A stretch of 38,413 bases of DNA, taken from Candidatus Micrarchaeota archaeon (GTDB lineage Archaea; Micrarchaeota; Micrarchaeia; Anstonellales; Anstonellaceae). A model generated the notes under the pieces. It did no database searches and was not told the DNA's origin. It saw only the letters and a list, made by a program, of their open reading frames with translations. Each line of letters begins with the position of its first letter. The first letter of the stretch is position 1. Below, in pieces: positions 17,622 to 27,828 of the stretch. A program made the position numbers and the translations under genes. The stretch is from contig JAKAME010000004.1 in assembly GCA_021813025.1 (NCBI GenBank), positions 1-38,413 on the forward strand. The letters are read 5' to 3'.

Positions 17622-20477
17622 TTAGCCCTTGACTACGGCGAGCGGCACAAGCCTTGCCACAATCCTCGACAAGCCAGCCATTTCCACAGAGCGCACCACT
17701 TCATCAACATCCTTGTATGCGCCCGGAGCCTCCTCTGCCAGCAATTCGCTCTCGGTGGAGCGCACCATGATGTTGCGCTCGCCAAGCCCTTTCTGGATTG
17801 ACTCACCGGTCCAAGTATGGACTGCCTTGGAGCGGCTCATGCGCCTGCCTGCCCCATGACAAGTAGAGCCGAATGTCTTGTCCATTGCCCCCTGCGCTCC
17901 CACCAGCACGTAAGATGCGGTGCCCATTGAGCCGGGAATTATGACTGGCTGGCCGATGTCGCGGTATTTGCTTGGAATCTCATTTCTGCCTGCTGCGAAT
18001 GCCCTTGTCGCGCCTTTGCGGTGAACGCACAATTTCTTCTTTTTACCATCCACTTCATGCTCCTCGAATTTGGCGATGTTATGGCAAACGTCATAGAGCA
18101 GGGGCATGGAATCCGAAGTGCCCTTGCCGAAAATGGTGTCAAAGGTTTCGCGCACTCCGTGCATCATGATTTGGCGGTTGTTGAACGCGAAATTCACCGC
18201 GCAGCGCATGGCGCCCAAATAATGCTTGGCTTCAGGAGAGCCGAGCGGCGCGCAGCACAATTCGCGGTCAGGCAGATGGATGCCGTATTTGGAGGCGGCT
18301 GAAACCATTGTCTGCAAATGGTCGCTGCAAATCTGGTGCCCGAATCCGCGAGAGCCTGAATGGGCCATCACAACAAGCTGGCCCTCATGCAGGCCGAATG
18401 ATTTTGCAACAGCCTCGTCAGCAATGCGCTCCACTTTCTGTATTTCAACAAAATGGTTTCCTGCCCCGACTGTGCCGAACTGGGGCAGGCCGCGCTTGCG
18501 CGCAAGAGGGGAAACGGCGGAGAAGTCCGCATCTTGCATGCAGCCGTTCTCCTCGCAGGCCTCGATGTCATCCTCCCTTCCCCAGCCCTGCTCGATGGCC
18601 CAGGGCACGCCGCGCGTGACCGCCTGCTCAAGCTCGTGCTCCTTGAGCCTCACCTTGCCCTTCACGCCGACTCCGGAAGGCACGTTCTTGAACAAGAGTT
18701 CGACCAGTTCGCGCTTTTTGGGGGCAAGGTCTTTTTCCTCCAAATCGGTGAGTATGAGGCGCACGCCGCAATTTGAGACGAGAATGCCGTCTGCGAAGAA
18801 GCGGTGGGCGTCCTCGACGTTGAGGTCGTACACTTCACCATCGTAGGGGATTTGCTCGACTGACGAGACTTCGTCCAGCAGCGCGCCGTGCCCGGCCAAT
18901 TGCTCCTCGCATTTGCGGCAGAATTTTTCGAACGAGTCGAAATCCAGCGTGATGCGCTGGCCTGCCCGATTTTCGTAATAATGCCTCTCGACAAAACGCG
19001 CATTGACGATGCCTTCCCGCACCAGCAGCCGCTGCGCCTCGGCCAGTTTGAGCCCTTTGGCCCGCAACTCTTTGGCCTTGGCGGCTGCGTCCGCCCTCAT
19101 GGACTGCAGCCTCTTTTTGCCCAGGATGTAGGCGCATGCCATCTCGCTCATGCGGCGGCGCTTGAGGTTGTATTCGAAGCCGACGCTCCTCCACAGGGCG
19201 AGAAGATTGCCTTCCTCCGCCCCGATTTCCAGGCGCAGGCGGACGACTTCGCCCTGCTTGTTGGGCTGCTCGCGGCGGGAGGCAATGCGGGTGACTTCCA
19301 CTCCAAATCCCTTGAGCATTTGCATGATGTCGATGAGGAACGCGCGCCCGCTCTCCTCGAATGACGCGTTCTTGTTCTGGGCAAGGATGGGGGCGTAAAA
19401 GCCGGTCTTGGAATGGGTGGATGGAGATGACAATTCGGCTCCGAAAAATCCGGCCAAAAAGAGGCGCTGGAGCCAGAGCGGCGCTTCCGTCAGCCAGCCC
19501 GGCACCCTGTAGGCTTGGTCGGTCTTTCGGCCCAGCGGGAAACCCAGAGTCAGCAGCTTGACGGCCAGCTCGCGGGAATATATGCGCAGCTCGCATGAGC
19601 GGCCGGTGAAATGCTTTTTCCCATACTGCGTCTGGATGCCGTGTTCGCGCTCGATTGGCACTGCGCTTGAATTGATGCCGAGTTCGGCCAAATCCTGTTT
19701 CATCCGCTTCATGTCCTCTTCATGCCCATAGGCGCGGATGCAGTATTTGCCCTTCCAGCAGGTCAGGCTCCCGTCCCCCAGCAGATAGCCAAACACTTTG
19801 GTGATGATGCCCATGGCCCGCTCGTCTTCAAATCCGGTCCTGGCGTATTCAACGCCGTTGAAATAGGAGACTGAGATGGACGCGCCGGCGGCCAGCTTGC
19901 CGGCCTCGCGCATGCCTTCCGCCGCGTGGATTGGATGGTCCTCGCTGCATTGCAGCTCGAAGCCGTTTTTCGTCCTGATGCGCAGCATGCGCCGGTCGGA
20001 TTTCTTTTTCATGAACGCCAGAATTTGATTGGATGAGCCGCCAGCATCAGTTGCAGCAGCGAGCCTGCGCTGCAGCATCGACATTTCGAATCCATTCGAG
20101 CGCGCCTGCACGGCGAGCTTTTCGCCCATGATCTCAATAGGCATGAAGAAGCCGAGGTCGGTGAGCACCTTGCTTCCCGGCTTAATGCAATTTATGTCAT
20201 AGCCCACGCCCCCGGGACTCACCACGCCCCCCATTTCAGGGTCGAAGGCGGCCACGCCGCCTATTGGAAAGCCGTAGCCCTCGTGCCCGTCAGGCATGAG
20301 GCAGGCGGGAGAGACTATTCCCGGCAGCGCGGCGACGTTCTGCAACTGCCAGATGGTGCGGTCAGTCTGCATGCTGGAGAGAAGGGTTTCGCTGGCAACT
20401 ATGCGAGCGTCCGTGCGCATGTCGCCGCTGCGAGCCAGCGTCCAGAGGGCGGGGCCTGAAGGAGTGATTGAGACCAT
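17622..20477 (-). CDS. rtcB: tRNA-splicing ligase RtcB, intein-containing precursor
   Basis: MPDGHEGYGFPIGGV, SPGGVGYDIN|CGVR, GAGNHFVE, HSGSRGFGH, VHRKGATRAF, STCHGAGR and EEAPGAYKD motifs. Confidence 0.97.
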   Translation of the reverse strand: MVSITPSGPALWTLARSGDMRTDARIVASETLLSSMQTDRTIWQLQNVAALPGIVSPACLMPDGHEGYGFPIGGVAAFDPEMGGVVSPGGVGYDINCIKPGSKVLTDLGFFMPIEIMGEKLAVQARSNGFEMSMLQRRLAAATDAGGSSNQILAFMKKKSDRRMLRIRTKNGFELQCSEDHPIHAAEGMREAGKLAAGASISVSYFNGVEYARTGFEDERAMGIITKVFGYLLGDGSLTCWKGKYCIRAYGHEEDMKRMKQDLAELGINSSAVPIEREHGIQTQYGKKHFTGRSCELRIYSRELAVKLLTLGFPLGRKTDQAYRVPGWLTEAPLWLQRLFLAGFFGAELSSPSTHSKTGFYAPILAQNKNASFEESGRAFLIDIMQMLKGFGVEVTRIASRREQPNKQGEVVRLRLEIGAEEGNLLALWRSVGFEYNLKRRRMSEMACAYILGKKRLQSMRADAAAKAKELRAKGLKLAEAQRLLVREGIVNARFVERHYYENRAGQRITLDFDSFEKFCRKCEEQLAGHGALLDEVSSVEQIPYDGEVYDLNVEDAHRFFADGILVSNCGVRLILTDLEEKDLAPKKRELVELLFKNVPSGVGVKGKVRLKEHELEQAVTRGVPWAIEQGWGREDDIEACEENGCMQDADFSAVSPLARKRGLPQFGTVGAGNHFVEIQKVERIADEAVAKSFGLHEGQLVVMAHSGSRGFGHQICSDHLQTMVSAASKYGIHLPDRELCCAPLGSPEAKHYLGAMRCAVNFAFNNRQIMMHGVRETFDTIFGKGTSDSMPLLYDVCHNIAKFEEHEVDGKKKKLCVHRKGATRAFAAGRNEIPSKYRDIGQPVIIPGSMGTASYVLVGAQGAMDKTFGSTCHGAGRRMSRSKAVHTWTGESIQKGLGERNIMVRSTESELLAEEAPGAYKDVDEVVRSVEMAGLSRIVARLVPLAVVKG
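18771..20189 (-). mobile_element. Intein (473 aa) with LAGLIDADG homing endonuclease in RtcB
   Basis: Starts CIKPGSKV. Block B SEDHPI. Endonuclease motifs FGYLLGDGS and FLAGFFGAE. Ends VYDLNVEDAHRFFADGILVSN before extein Cys+1. Confidence 0.95.
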
Positions 20478-20646
20478 AGAGGAAGATGGAGCAAAGGGAA
20501 GTTAAAAGGCTGGCGGCAAAGAAAGAGCGGGAGGGGAGGGCTGGAGCGGGGAAAGGCTGGCGGAAAGGGAGGGAAAAAGGGGGAAAAGCGGCAGGCAAGA
20601 AACAGGACGCAGCATTATAAAAACTCCCGGCGCGCCGTCTTATTGT

Positions 20647-23349
20647 ATGGGCCCCAAGACGAAGAGCAAGGCAGGGGCGCCGGAGTATGTGCCGGCGCCA
20701 AAGCCATCGGCCTATTTCTCGCCCTTCGCGCCGGCCACGCTGGACAGGCTGGAGGACGCGCTCATCAAGATAAAGAAGGAAGTCAGCCAAAGCCAGCGCC
20801 TCAAGCCGGAGGTGCGGCAGGAAGTCGCGCGCTGGATTGACACCTGGCTTTATGGCAAGGTGGGCCTTTTCTCAGGCACCCCCTGGGACACTATGCAGAT
20901 GAATTATCCTTGGGGCAAGCAGCAGCCGAAAGAGGTAAGGCTCGACATTCCGCACAGCCAGGAAGTGGGATACATTTTCCAGAAATATCTTCAGGACGTG
21001 CCGGGCCTGTCAGTGAAATCCCAGTCGCCTTCCTCGTTCGGCTCCCTTGTCAACTACCTCAGCTTCCGCCTCGAGCCCGCGCAGGGGCCGGTCATATTCG
21101 CATACAACCCCTTTGATGCGGCCATGATGAAGGGGCTGCACGACACCTTCAGCCCGCCGCAGATATGGCCGACGGATTATCTGTCCAAGAGCCGCGTGCA
21201 GATGGAGAAGGAGACGCAGGTGGCAGTGGGGCAGATGAGCGGGCGGATGAAGGAGAAGAGGGAGCAGGAGACGTTGGCGGCGCAGAAGCAGAAGGAGCTT
21301 GAGCAGAGCCCGAACAAGTACATGCAGCAGGTCAGCATCGCGGACGTGGTGCAGCGCAATGTCAAGCCCTCGCCTCTGCAATACGACGAGAAGAGCGACA
21401 CGTTCACCGAAAGTTATGTGGACACGAGGGGGCAGGTCGGCGTGCGCACCATCGCGGCCGCCGACGTGCTGATGGCCGGCGCGCCCGGCTTCAACTTCTC
21501 CGTCAACAGCATGGAGGAGTGGATGGCCGGACTTTTCCTTCCGATAGATTCCTTCCAGCATCTTGTCTCGAAATACCGGCGCAACGACCCAGACCACCCC
21601 GTAGGCTTCTGGGACTGGGCGTGGCTGGTGGCAGACATCGGCCTGACCGTGGCCGAAGTGAGGCTCGCTGCCAAGGCCATTCGCATAGTTTCCAACTCCA
21701 AATTCGTTCTGGACAAGGAGGTCCGCGGCACCATCGACCGCGCGCTGGAGGAGCAGTTCATCGGCGACCCGGCCAAGCAGTTCGCGGCCAAGCGCTACTG
21801 GAGGCGCAAGTTCCTCACCCAGCCAAAGAAACTGGCGGCCGAGAGCGCCGACGACTTTGTCCAGAAGGCTGTCAAAGTGGGCAGCGAGGGCGGCCAGCGG
21901 TATGCGACCGTGGCCAAAAAGGCGCAAATCGTCAGCTCCTCCCGCTTCGGGGCAAACATCGGCGAGCCAATCGATTTGGTGATAAGCGAAGGGCAGGTCA
22001 TCGGCACCAAGGCTACGGTGTGGCAGATGACCAAAAGCATCGCCCTTGTTTCGCAAGCCACCTTCATGACAACATTCTCGCTCTACAATATTGAGCGGGC
22101 GGTCGAGCTGAGCGTGTCCCGCACCCTGCCTAGCTGGGTGCTTGCAGAGCATCCTGATTGGAAGGGACAGAACATGAGCTACGAGGAGATGCGCAGGCTG
22201 GCGCTTACAGAAACGCGCATGAACATGGCCGCGATTTTCGGAGTGTTCGAAACTCTGGGCCTCACCTCGCGCGGAGTGCAATGGCTGGCCCCCAAGCTCA
22301 AGCTGCTCATCAACGACGGCATCAAGCTGTGCCTCAAAGGCAAAGACCCCACCATGCTTTTCCGCAAAGGCCTGACTCCAATACTGCGCGAAGGCGGCGT
22401 GCAGAATGTGCCGGACGTGCTTGAGAAGCCGCTTGTGACTCCGATGGTGAAGATTGTCCAAACCATTGCCAAGGTATCCAAGACCGGCGGGGCGCTGATT
22501 GCTTCCACGCCGGGCGAGATGGGCTTGGCAGACACCGCCTTCCTGACTTACTGGCAATTGGAAGCAGACAAGATTGAGAAAATCAAACAGGAGATGATAC
22601 AGGACGTGGTGGTGAGCAAGGCCACTGTGCATGTCTATGCGCCCTACAAAGGCGTGCAGCCGGTTGGGCCCAACGGGAAGGAAATCACAGACCCTCAAAG
22701 GGCCGAAAAGGAGAATGAACGCAACCTTGACCTCAAATTCGCCCACCTCTCTCCGGAGAAAGCGGTGAATTCCAGCACCAAAATAGGATTTTTGCTGGAC
22801 TTCGTACCAAATGCGCTGGTCATCAACATCAATGACCCGGCAGTGTACAAACGGGTTTACGATGGCACGGCAACCGAGCCGCCCATTCCCCTCTCCCTTC
22901 GCAACAACATCGCGCGCCTTGAGCTGGCGCTGGGAATCGTAAATGAGAACAACGGCATGCCGGCAACGGTCGATGAAATGGAACTTGACAAGCTGTCACG
23001 GCTTCTGATGAAAAGCTACCAGACGGCAGAACCTGCGCTCGATGCGCTTTATGCGAAATACAATGGCCATTCGGTGGACTTGTGGCTCGGCGTGGCTGAC
23101 CTGGCCGCGCGCTGGCTCCAGAACCCGTCGGCCATGGAAAAGGAACTGCCAGCCGGCGTCCACGACGCGTTCGTTCAGGCCTGGAACGAGCGCGTGCTCC
23201 AAGCGCCCAAAGAGGATGAAATCGGGACGTGGAAGATGGACGGCGTGAGTCCGGCGGACAAACAGTCCATGGCCGCCATGGGCCTGGTGCTGACCTACGT
23301 GCTGTGGGGGCATATTCCCCCCAGCATGCTGGAAAAGGCGAAACGATAG
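20647..23349 (+). CDS. Large hypothetical protein (900 aa) with coiled coil and several hydrophobic/amphipathic helices
   Basis: Uninterrupted ORF. TTATAAAA at 20615-20622 lies about 25 bp before the ATG (leaderless). No family recognised. Confidence 0.75.
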   Translation: MGPKTKSKAGAPEYVPAPKPSAYFSPFAPATLDRLEDALIKIKKEVSQSQRLKPEVRQEVARWIDTWLYGKVGLFSGTPWDTMQMNYPWGKQQPKEVRLDIPHSQEVGYIFQKYLQDVPGLSVKSQSPSSFGSLVNYLSFRLEPAQGPVIFAYNPFDAAMMKGLHDTFSPPQIWPTDYLSKSRVQMEKETQVAVGQMSGRMKEKREQETLAAQKQKELEQSPNKYMQQVSIADVVQRNVKPSPLQYDEKSDTFTESYVDTRGQVGVRTIAAADVLMAGAPGFNFSVNSMEEWMAGLFLPIDSFQHLVSKYRRNDPDHPVGFWDWAWLVADIGLTVAEVRLAAKAIRIVSNSKFVLDKEVRGTIDRALEEQFIGDPAKQFAAKRYWRRKFLTQPKKLAAESADDFVQKAVKVGSEGGQRYATVAKKAQIVSSSRFGANIGEPIDLVISEGQVIGTKATVWQMTKSIALVSQATFMTTFSLYNIERAVELSVSRTLPSWVLAEHPDWKGQNMSYEEMRRLALTETRMNMAAIFGVFETLGLTSRGVQWLAPKLKLLINDGIKLCLKGKDPTMLFRKGLTPILREGGVQNVPDVLEKPLVTPMVKIVQTIAKVSKTGGALIASTPGEMGLADTAFLTYWQLEADKIEKIKQEMIQDVVVSKATVHVYAPYKGVQPVGPNGKEITDPQRAEKENERNLDLKFAHLSPEKAVNSSTKIGFLLDFVPNALVININDPAVYKRVYDGTATEPPIPLSLRNNIARLELALGIVNENNGMPATVDEMELDKLSRLLMKSYQTAEPALDALYAKYNGHSVDLWLGVADLAARWLQNPSAMEKELPAGVHDAFVQAWNERVLQAPKEDEIGTWKMDGVSPADKQSMAAMGLVLTYVLWGHIPPSMLEKAKR

Positions 23350-23404
23350 AGAGCCGGCCCAAGGAGACAAGGGGTTATATATCTGTCGCACCCATAAATA
23401 AACC

Positions 23405-25432
23405 ATGAAACTCTTTAATTGGAAACAGGAGAAAAACGGCAGGCGCGACGAAAAGGGCGAGAATACTGTTAATAATACTTATTCCCCTTTCAAGTATAAG
23501 TTCGGATTGAGAGATTATGGGGTGATGGGATTGATGCTCTTGCAGGCCGGTCCGGTATATGGAACTGGAAGCTACGTGCACGGACAGAATCAGGCCAATG
23601 CCCAAGCCTATGATTTGATGCAGAAACTCAAACCCTTGGGTATTATTGCCACAATCGTGTTCAACAAGGCGACCAACGCGTATGAGACCCAGTTCAAAAT
23701 CCCCGGAGCCATGGCGCAGAGCGGCGAGCAGGGCAGCGGGATTCTGGATTTGGTGAAGTGGGTTGCCACCGGGATATACAACATGCCCGGGTCCTATTAC
23801 AAATCCATGTACCACGGAGACCCCGAAACGGTGAGCCTCACCACGGCAATCGGCACGACCGGGCTGACGTTTTGGGCGCTGGGAAAGTTCTTCCCGAATA
23901 AATTCGTGGTCAGCGGGGATGGCGACATCACGGCCATCTACAAGGGCGCCCTTGACAAAGCACAGGTGAACACGGTTCTGGACAGACTCAAGACGCGTGC
24001 CGGTATCGACGAGAAAGACAAGAAGGGTGTCGCCAACTATGACGCCCTCAAGGCTGACATCACCCAGGCCAAAACCAATGAGCGGATAGAAAAATTGAAA
24101 GAGAAGGCGACGCAAATCAAGAGCAGCCCGGACAATATGTTCACAGCAGATAATTTCAAGAAAATCAAGGATATTTCAGAGGATAAGCTCAAGGCCATCG
24201 TGGACAGCAAGCTGGAGCTCATCAAGCAGCAGATGCTGTACGCCGACGGGGCGCTGGACGGCGTGGCCTTCGACCTGAATGCAGACAAGATAATCGAAGG
24301 CGCGATGGCCAGCCGAGATGCGACAGCCTTGGCCAAAGCTCTCAACAGATACGTGCAGCTGGCCATCGATAACTTCGTCAATACTCAGGCGACCAAAGCC
24401 ATCGGCAGCGCGGTGAGCGCGGAAATCAAATGGGGGATTATTGTAGCAGATGCTGAGGGGCTGACGAAAAGCTTTAACAAATATTTCAATGAGTGGGTGA
24501 ACAACCAGCGCCTGCAAAAAGGCCAGAAGGCCGTGCTGGAGGGCGACGCGCTGGCCGAAGTCACCGGAAAAGCCCTGTGGGACCATGTCCGGAAGCTGCC
24601 CCCGAAGGAGCGGGGCAAGCTGACGACATCAGAGGATTTCGTGAATATAATGAAAGAAGAACTGGCAGGTGACCTGGCCATCGAGTTCACCCAGCCCAAG
24701 GGCCTCAGAGCACTCGTGAACAGGCTGGTGGGCAGAACGGGCTCGCGGGTTGTGGCAGGCATCATGGTGGGAGGTTTCGTCTACTTGCTTACGGACTATA
24801 TAATGACCCCCAAGGCACCAAGCGGCGGGGGCAGCGTCAACCTGCAGAACCCGCCGCAGCCAGAAGGGAAAGGGACGGTCCAGAAAACAACTGGCACGCA
24901 GTATGTTGACCCGCACCCGGGCTCACGGCCGGATTTCAAGACTCCAGCGAATATCTACCTGGGAAAAGAGCCGACGGACGAATACATCATGTATTGCAAG
25001 AAGGACATCGCCAAGCCAATTTCCAAACAGACCGTCTCGACTTACAATGCCACGCTAGTGCGGGCAGAGGAGAACGAAACTACTTCCTTCGGAGTAATTC
25101 CAAAGACGCCGGTCTATGCTGCGGCTGACCTCAAGGGGCTGCCCATGGTGGCGATTATGGGTGACGGAACAGTCGTTTACTCATATGGAGACAACACACC
25201 CGCGCTCACCAGCGACAATCAAACACTGGTGGTCCCCAAGGGCCATGCAATCTCGGTCTCAATCCTGATTGACCGCCAGAAGAGGACTGCGGATTTGATG
25301 ATTGAGGACGCCCAAGACTCCAAGAACAACGCCCATATCCCCGGACTGCCGCTGGGCAATTCTTGGAGCTTGGCCAACCAGCGCGGCTACCTGTTCCAGG
25401 AGCAGCTGCTGTGCAAGAAGGAGCTGAAGTGA
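23405..25432 (+). CDS. Large hypothetical membrane protein (675 aa): Lys-rich helical core bracketed by two putative TM helices
   Basis: TTATATAT at 23375-23382. Hydrophobic segments VSLTTAIGTTGLTFWALG and VVAGIMVGGFVYLLT. Pro/Gly linker, then a beta-rich C-terminal region. Confidence 0.75.
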   Translation: MKLFNWKQEKNGRRDEKGENTVNNTYSPFKYKFGLRDYGVMGLMLLQAGPVYGTGSYVHGQNQANAQAYDLMQKLKPLGIIATIVFNKATNAYETQFKIPGAMAQSGEQGSGILDLVKWVATGIYNMPGSYYKSMYHGDPETVSLTTAIGTTGLTFWALGKFFPNKFVVSGDGDITAIYKGALDKAQVNTVLDRLKTRAGIDEKDKKGVANYDALKADITQAKTNERIEKLKEKATQIKSSPDNMFTADNFKKIKDISEDKLKAIVDSKLELIKQQMLYADGALDGVAFDLNADKIIEGAMASRDATALAKALNRYVQLAIDNFVNTQATKAIGSAVSAEIKWGIIVADAEGLTKSFNKYFNEWVNNQRLQKGQKAVLEGDALAEVTGKALWDHVRKLPPKERGKLTTSEDFVNIMKEELAGDLAIEFTQPKGLRALVNRLVGRTGSRVVAGIMVGGFVYLLTDYIMTPKAPSGGGSVNLQNPPQPEGKGTVQKTTGTQYVDPHPGSRPDFKTPANIYLGKEPTDEYIMYCKKDIAKPISKQTVSTYNATLVRAEENETTSFGVIPKTPVYAAADLKGLPMVAIMGDGTVVYSYGDNTPALTSDNQTLVVPKGHAISVSILIDRQKRTADLMIEDAQDSKNNAHIPGLPLGNSWSLANQRGYLFQEQLLCKKELK

Positions 25433-25438
25433 TTATTT

Positions 25439-26035
25439 TTATTTTTCAAAAACAGCCAGTTTGAACACGCAGACAGATTCAAGCGGGCCCCCGATGAATT
25501 CGACTTTTTTTGCCCTCCGCCCGAACAGCCGCTCCAAATCGGCCACTTGGAAATCCTGCACATGGTCAGCAACTTTGGCAGGACTCTTGAGCATTACAAA
25601 GCGGCCGAAGGTCAGCCAGAATTCGTTTGGAACAGTTATGATGATGCGGCCGGAGGGCTTGGCAACCCTCAGCATCTCCCGAATCACAGGCAGAGGGTCG
25701 GAGAGATGCTCCAGCATCTCGGAACAAATGACGACCTCGAAATGCGCATCAGGATACGGGAGGACGCTCGCATCAGCGCATACGATGCTGGCCTTCTCCC
25801 CCAGGCGCTGCTGGGCGACCTGGACTACGGACAGGTCATAATCCACGCCATGCCTCTCTCCGCTCAGATGCTCAAGCAGAATGCCCAGTCCGCAGCCGAC
25901 ATCGAGCACCCGCGAGCCGGAAGCTGGGGGAACATGCCGCAAAATGCTGTGCAAGCGGTCCTGATGGAAATGGCGGATGATGGGGTTGGGGGAGAAGTAC
26001 ATGTCATAGTGGTCTGACAGGCTGACGAAAAGCAT
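25439..26035 (-). CDS. Class I SAM-dependent methyltransferase (Methyltransf_11-like)
   Basis: VLDVGCGLG, DASVLPYPDAHFEVVICSEMLEHL and KPSGRIIITVPN motifs. Confidence 0.9.
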   Translation of the reverse strand: MLFVSLSDHYDMYFSPNPIIRHFHQDRLHSILRHVPPASGSRVLDVGCGLGILLEHLSGERHGVDYDLSVVQVAQQRLGEKASIVCADASVLPYPDAHFEVVICSEMLEHLSDPLPVIREMLRVAKPSGRIIITVPNEFWLTFGRFVMLKSPAKVADHVQDFQVADLERLFGRRAKKVEFIGGPLESVCVFKLAVFEK

Positions 26036-26036
26036 G

Positions 26037-27632
26037 TTAAGAACCTCTGGAATTCATGGTCAATGTAAGATTTTGGCCCAATATCCACGTGTATCCGGGC
26101 GGAGGCGGGCTGTAACAATCCCAGATATCGATCGGGGTCTGCTCTTTATTGGTCGGGGTCTGTTTTTCGAACAGATAGGGATTGGGCCCGAAATGGACGA
26201 ACTCGTCGAATGTGGTCATGTTGGAGCGGAGCAGATAGAAATCGTGCGAAGTGTAGAGGCCGGAAACGTAAATGCCTGGCGCATAATGGACGAGAAGCGC
26301 GGGGTAGTTTAGGTTCGGATATGGCGGCTGCGCCCATGTGGAGTAGCTGGTGGACAGGCGGTTCGGGATGATGAAAACCGACTGGCCTGCCGATAGGCCG
26401 CCAGCCATCCCGCGCAGATTTGCGAATGTGGACTGCTGAACCCCGGCTTCGTTGCTGAAGAGAGAGGCCTGGAAGAGGACATTGACGAAAATGATGAGCA
26501 GAAGTGGCCAGAAGAATGCTATGCGGGGCTTTTGTATTCCGAAGGCCAGAAGAGCGAAAGCCAGGAAGAACGGAGTGCCCCTCTCGTTGAGCTGGCAGAC
26601 GAAGGACAGGCAGGAGGGGACTAGATAGAAGATGGCGAGGAAGTAGATGGCGCAGAAGAGATAGCGGTAATCCACAGCGCCTTGAATGGGGCCGAAGATG
26701 ACATTGGCTGAATGGAGAATGGATTGGCGCTGCTCCATGAACTGAGTTGATGTCCATAGAAGGAGGCCGAGGGCCAGCAGGATGCACAGAATCGCCAGTA
26801 GCTGCGCGCCGAAGACAGAATAGAGGAAGAAGAGGGGAGTACCGAGGCGAAGCATGAATTTCCCGAAGAACTGGGTGAACTGGCGGTCTGGAAGCGAATA
26901 GGAAACCTGGCGCGGAGCGATGGCGTCGGCTGAGCAGATGTTCACCTTGGAATAATAGGCATAGTCCCGCAGGAGCAGCGGGTTGGAAATCGTATTGAAG
27001 AGGAAAAATGCAGATAGAACGACAAGGATGGCGGTGGGTAGGAGGTCGGATTTGCGGCCAAGACCTGCATGCCAGCCGGCAGCATAGAGGCCGAGCAGGC
27101 CGGCCAGCATGAAGAACACCAGCCCGTGGGAGAGATAGACAAGGAGAGCGGAGAGAATGAATAATGGGAGAGAATAACGCTTGCCTTCAATCGCGCTTAA
27201 TCCGTCTGCCAGCATGACAAGGCCGAAAGCGACTGCAAAGAGGAAGTTGAGATTGCCGCTGTAGAAGAAGGTCGAGAAAGGCATCAGCAGGCCGAAGAGA
27301 AACAGGTAGGGGCGGTCTGGAGCGAGCGTGCGGAAGAAATACCACCAGCAGGCGGCATTCAGCAGGATGTAGAGTGAGAGAATTATCTGGCCAGCCTGCT
27401 CCATGCTGAAAATATCCTGCAGCAGCGTAAGCGCGAAATGGACTGATGAATAGCCCAAAAAGGTGAAATCAAGATGATAAAAGGAAGAAGTGTGGCCAGC
27501 CAACAGATAGTGCATCTCCGAGGATATCGCCAGATGGGTGGGCCAATCAGAAAGCGGGGCGACTGGGACCAGCCAGACTGGAATAAGGGACAGGAGGATT
27601 AGAAGACCGATGGCAGTGTATTTATAATCCAT
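26037..27632 (-). CDS. Multi-pass membrane protein, GT-C glycosyltransferase-like
   Basis: More than 10 hydrophobic helices, PLSDWPTHL after TM1, SHGLVF, NERG, and a soluble C-terminal domain. Confidence 0.6.
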   Translation of the reverse strand: MDYKYTAIGLLILLSLIPVWLVPVAPLSDWPTHLAISSEMHYLLAGHTSSFYHLDFTFLGYSSVHFALTLLQDIFSMEQAGQIILSLYILLNAACWWYFFRTLAPDRPYLFLFGLLMPFSTFFYSGNLNFLFAVAFGLVMLADGLSAIEGKRYSLPLFILSALLVYLSHGLVFFMLAGLLGLYAAGWHAGLGRKSDLLPTAILVVLSAFFLFNTISNPLLLRDYAYYSKVNICSADAIAPRQVSYSLPDRQFTQFFGKFMLRLGTPLFFLYSVFGAQLLAILCILLALGLLLWTSTQFMEQRQSILHSANVIFGPIQGAVDYRYLFCAIYFLAIFYLVPSCLSFVCQLNERGTPFFLAFALLAFGIQKPRIAFFWPLLLIIFVNVLFQASLFSNEAGVQQSTFANLRGMAGGLSAGQSVFIIPNRLSTSYSTWAQPPYPNLNYPALLVHYAPGIYVSGLYTSHDFYLLRSNMTTFDEFVHFGPNPYLFEKQTPTNKEQTPIDIWDCYSPPPPGYTWILGQNLTLTMNSRGS

Positions 27633-27665
27633 ATGAACGCCAGGTTGCGACAAGATAAAAATGTG

Positions 27666-27778
27666 CGGGCCCGGTGGGATTTGAACCCACGGCTTTCTGG
27701 TGGCCTTGACGATGACCGTCGCAATCGACGGAGAGTCCTAAAAGCCAGACACTCTAGGCCAAGCTGAGTTACGGGCCC
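27666..27778 (-). tRNA. tRNA-Lys(UUU) with a 37-nt intron at 37/38 (27702-27738)
   Basis: GGGCCCG acceptor stem, TCTGG-CTTTTA^intron^A-CCAGA, GTGGG-TTCAAAT-CCCAC. Bulge-helix-bulge formed by CUUU/AAGG with UAG and CCA bulges. Confidence 0.95.
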
Positions 27779-27828
27779 GCTGAAGGAGAATGGGCATCAG
27801 AATGTATTTAAGCAGAATGGCGAGCCCC

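Noticed and set aside
21010-22746. 578-aa minus-strand ORF and similar long antisense ORFs (3350-4267, 8294-9244, 37531-38412)
   Set aside because: Shadow ORFs of GC3-rich genes on the opposite strand, with no motifs
20500-27666. Integrated element at tRNA-Lys
   Set aside because: No integrase and no duplicated tRNA 3' end seen; only a short GCGGGCCC match near 25483
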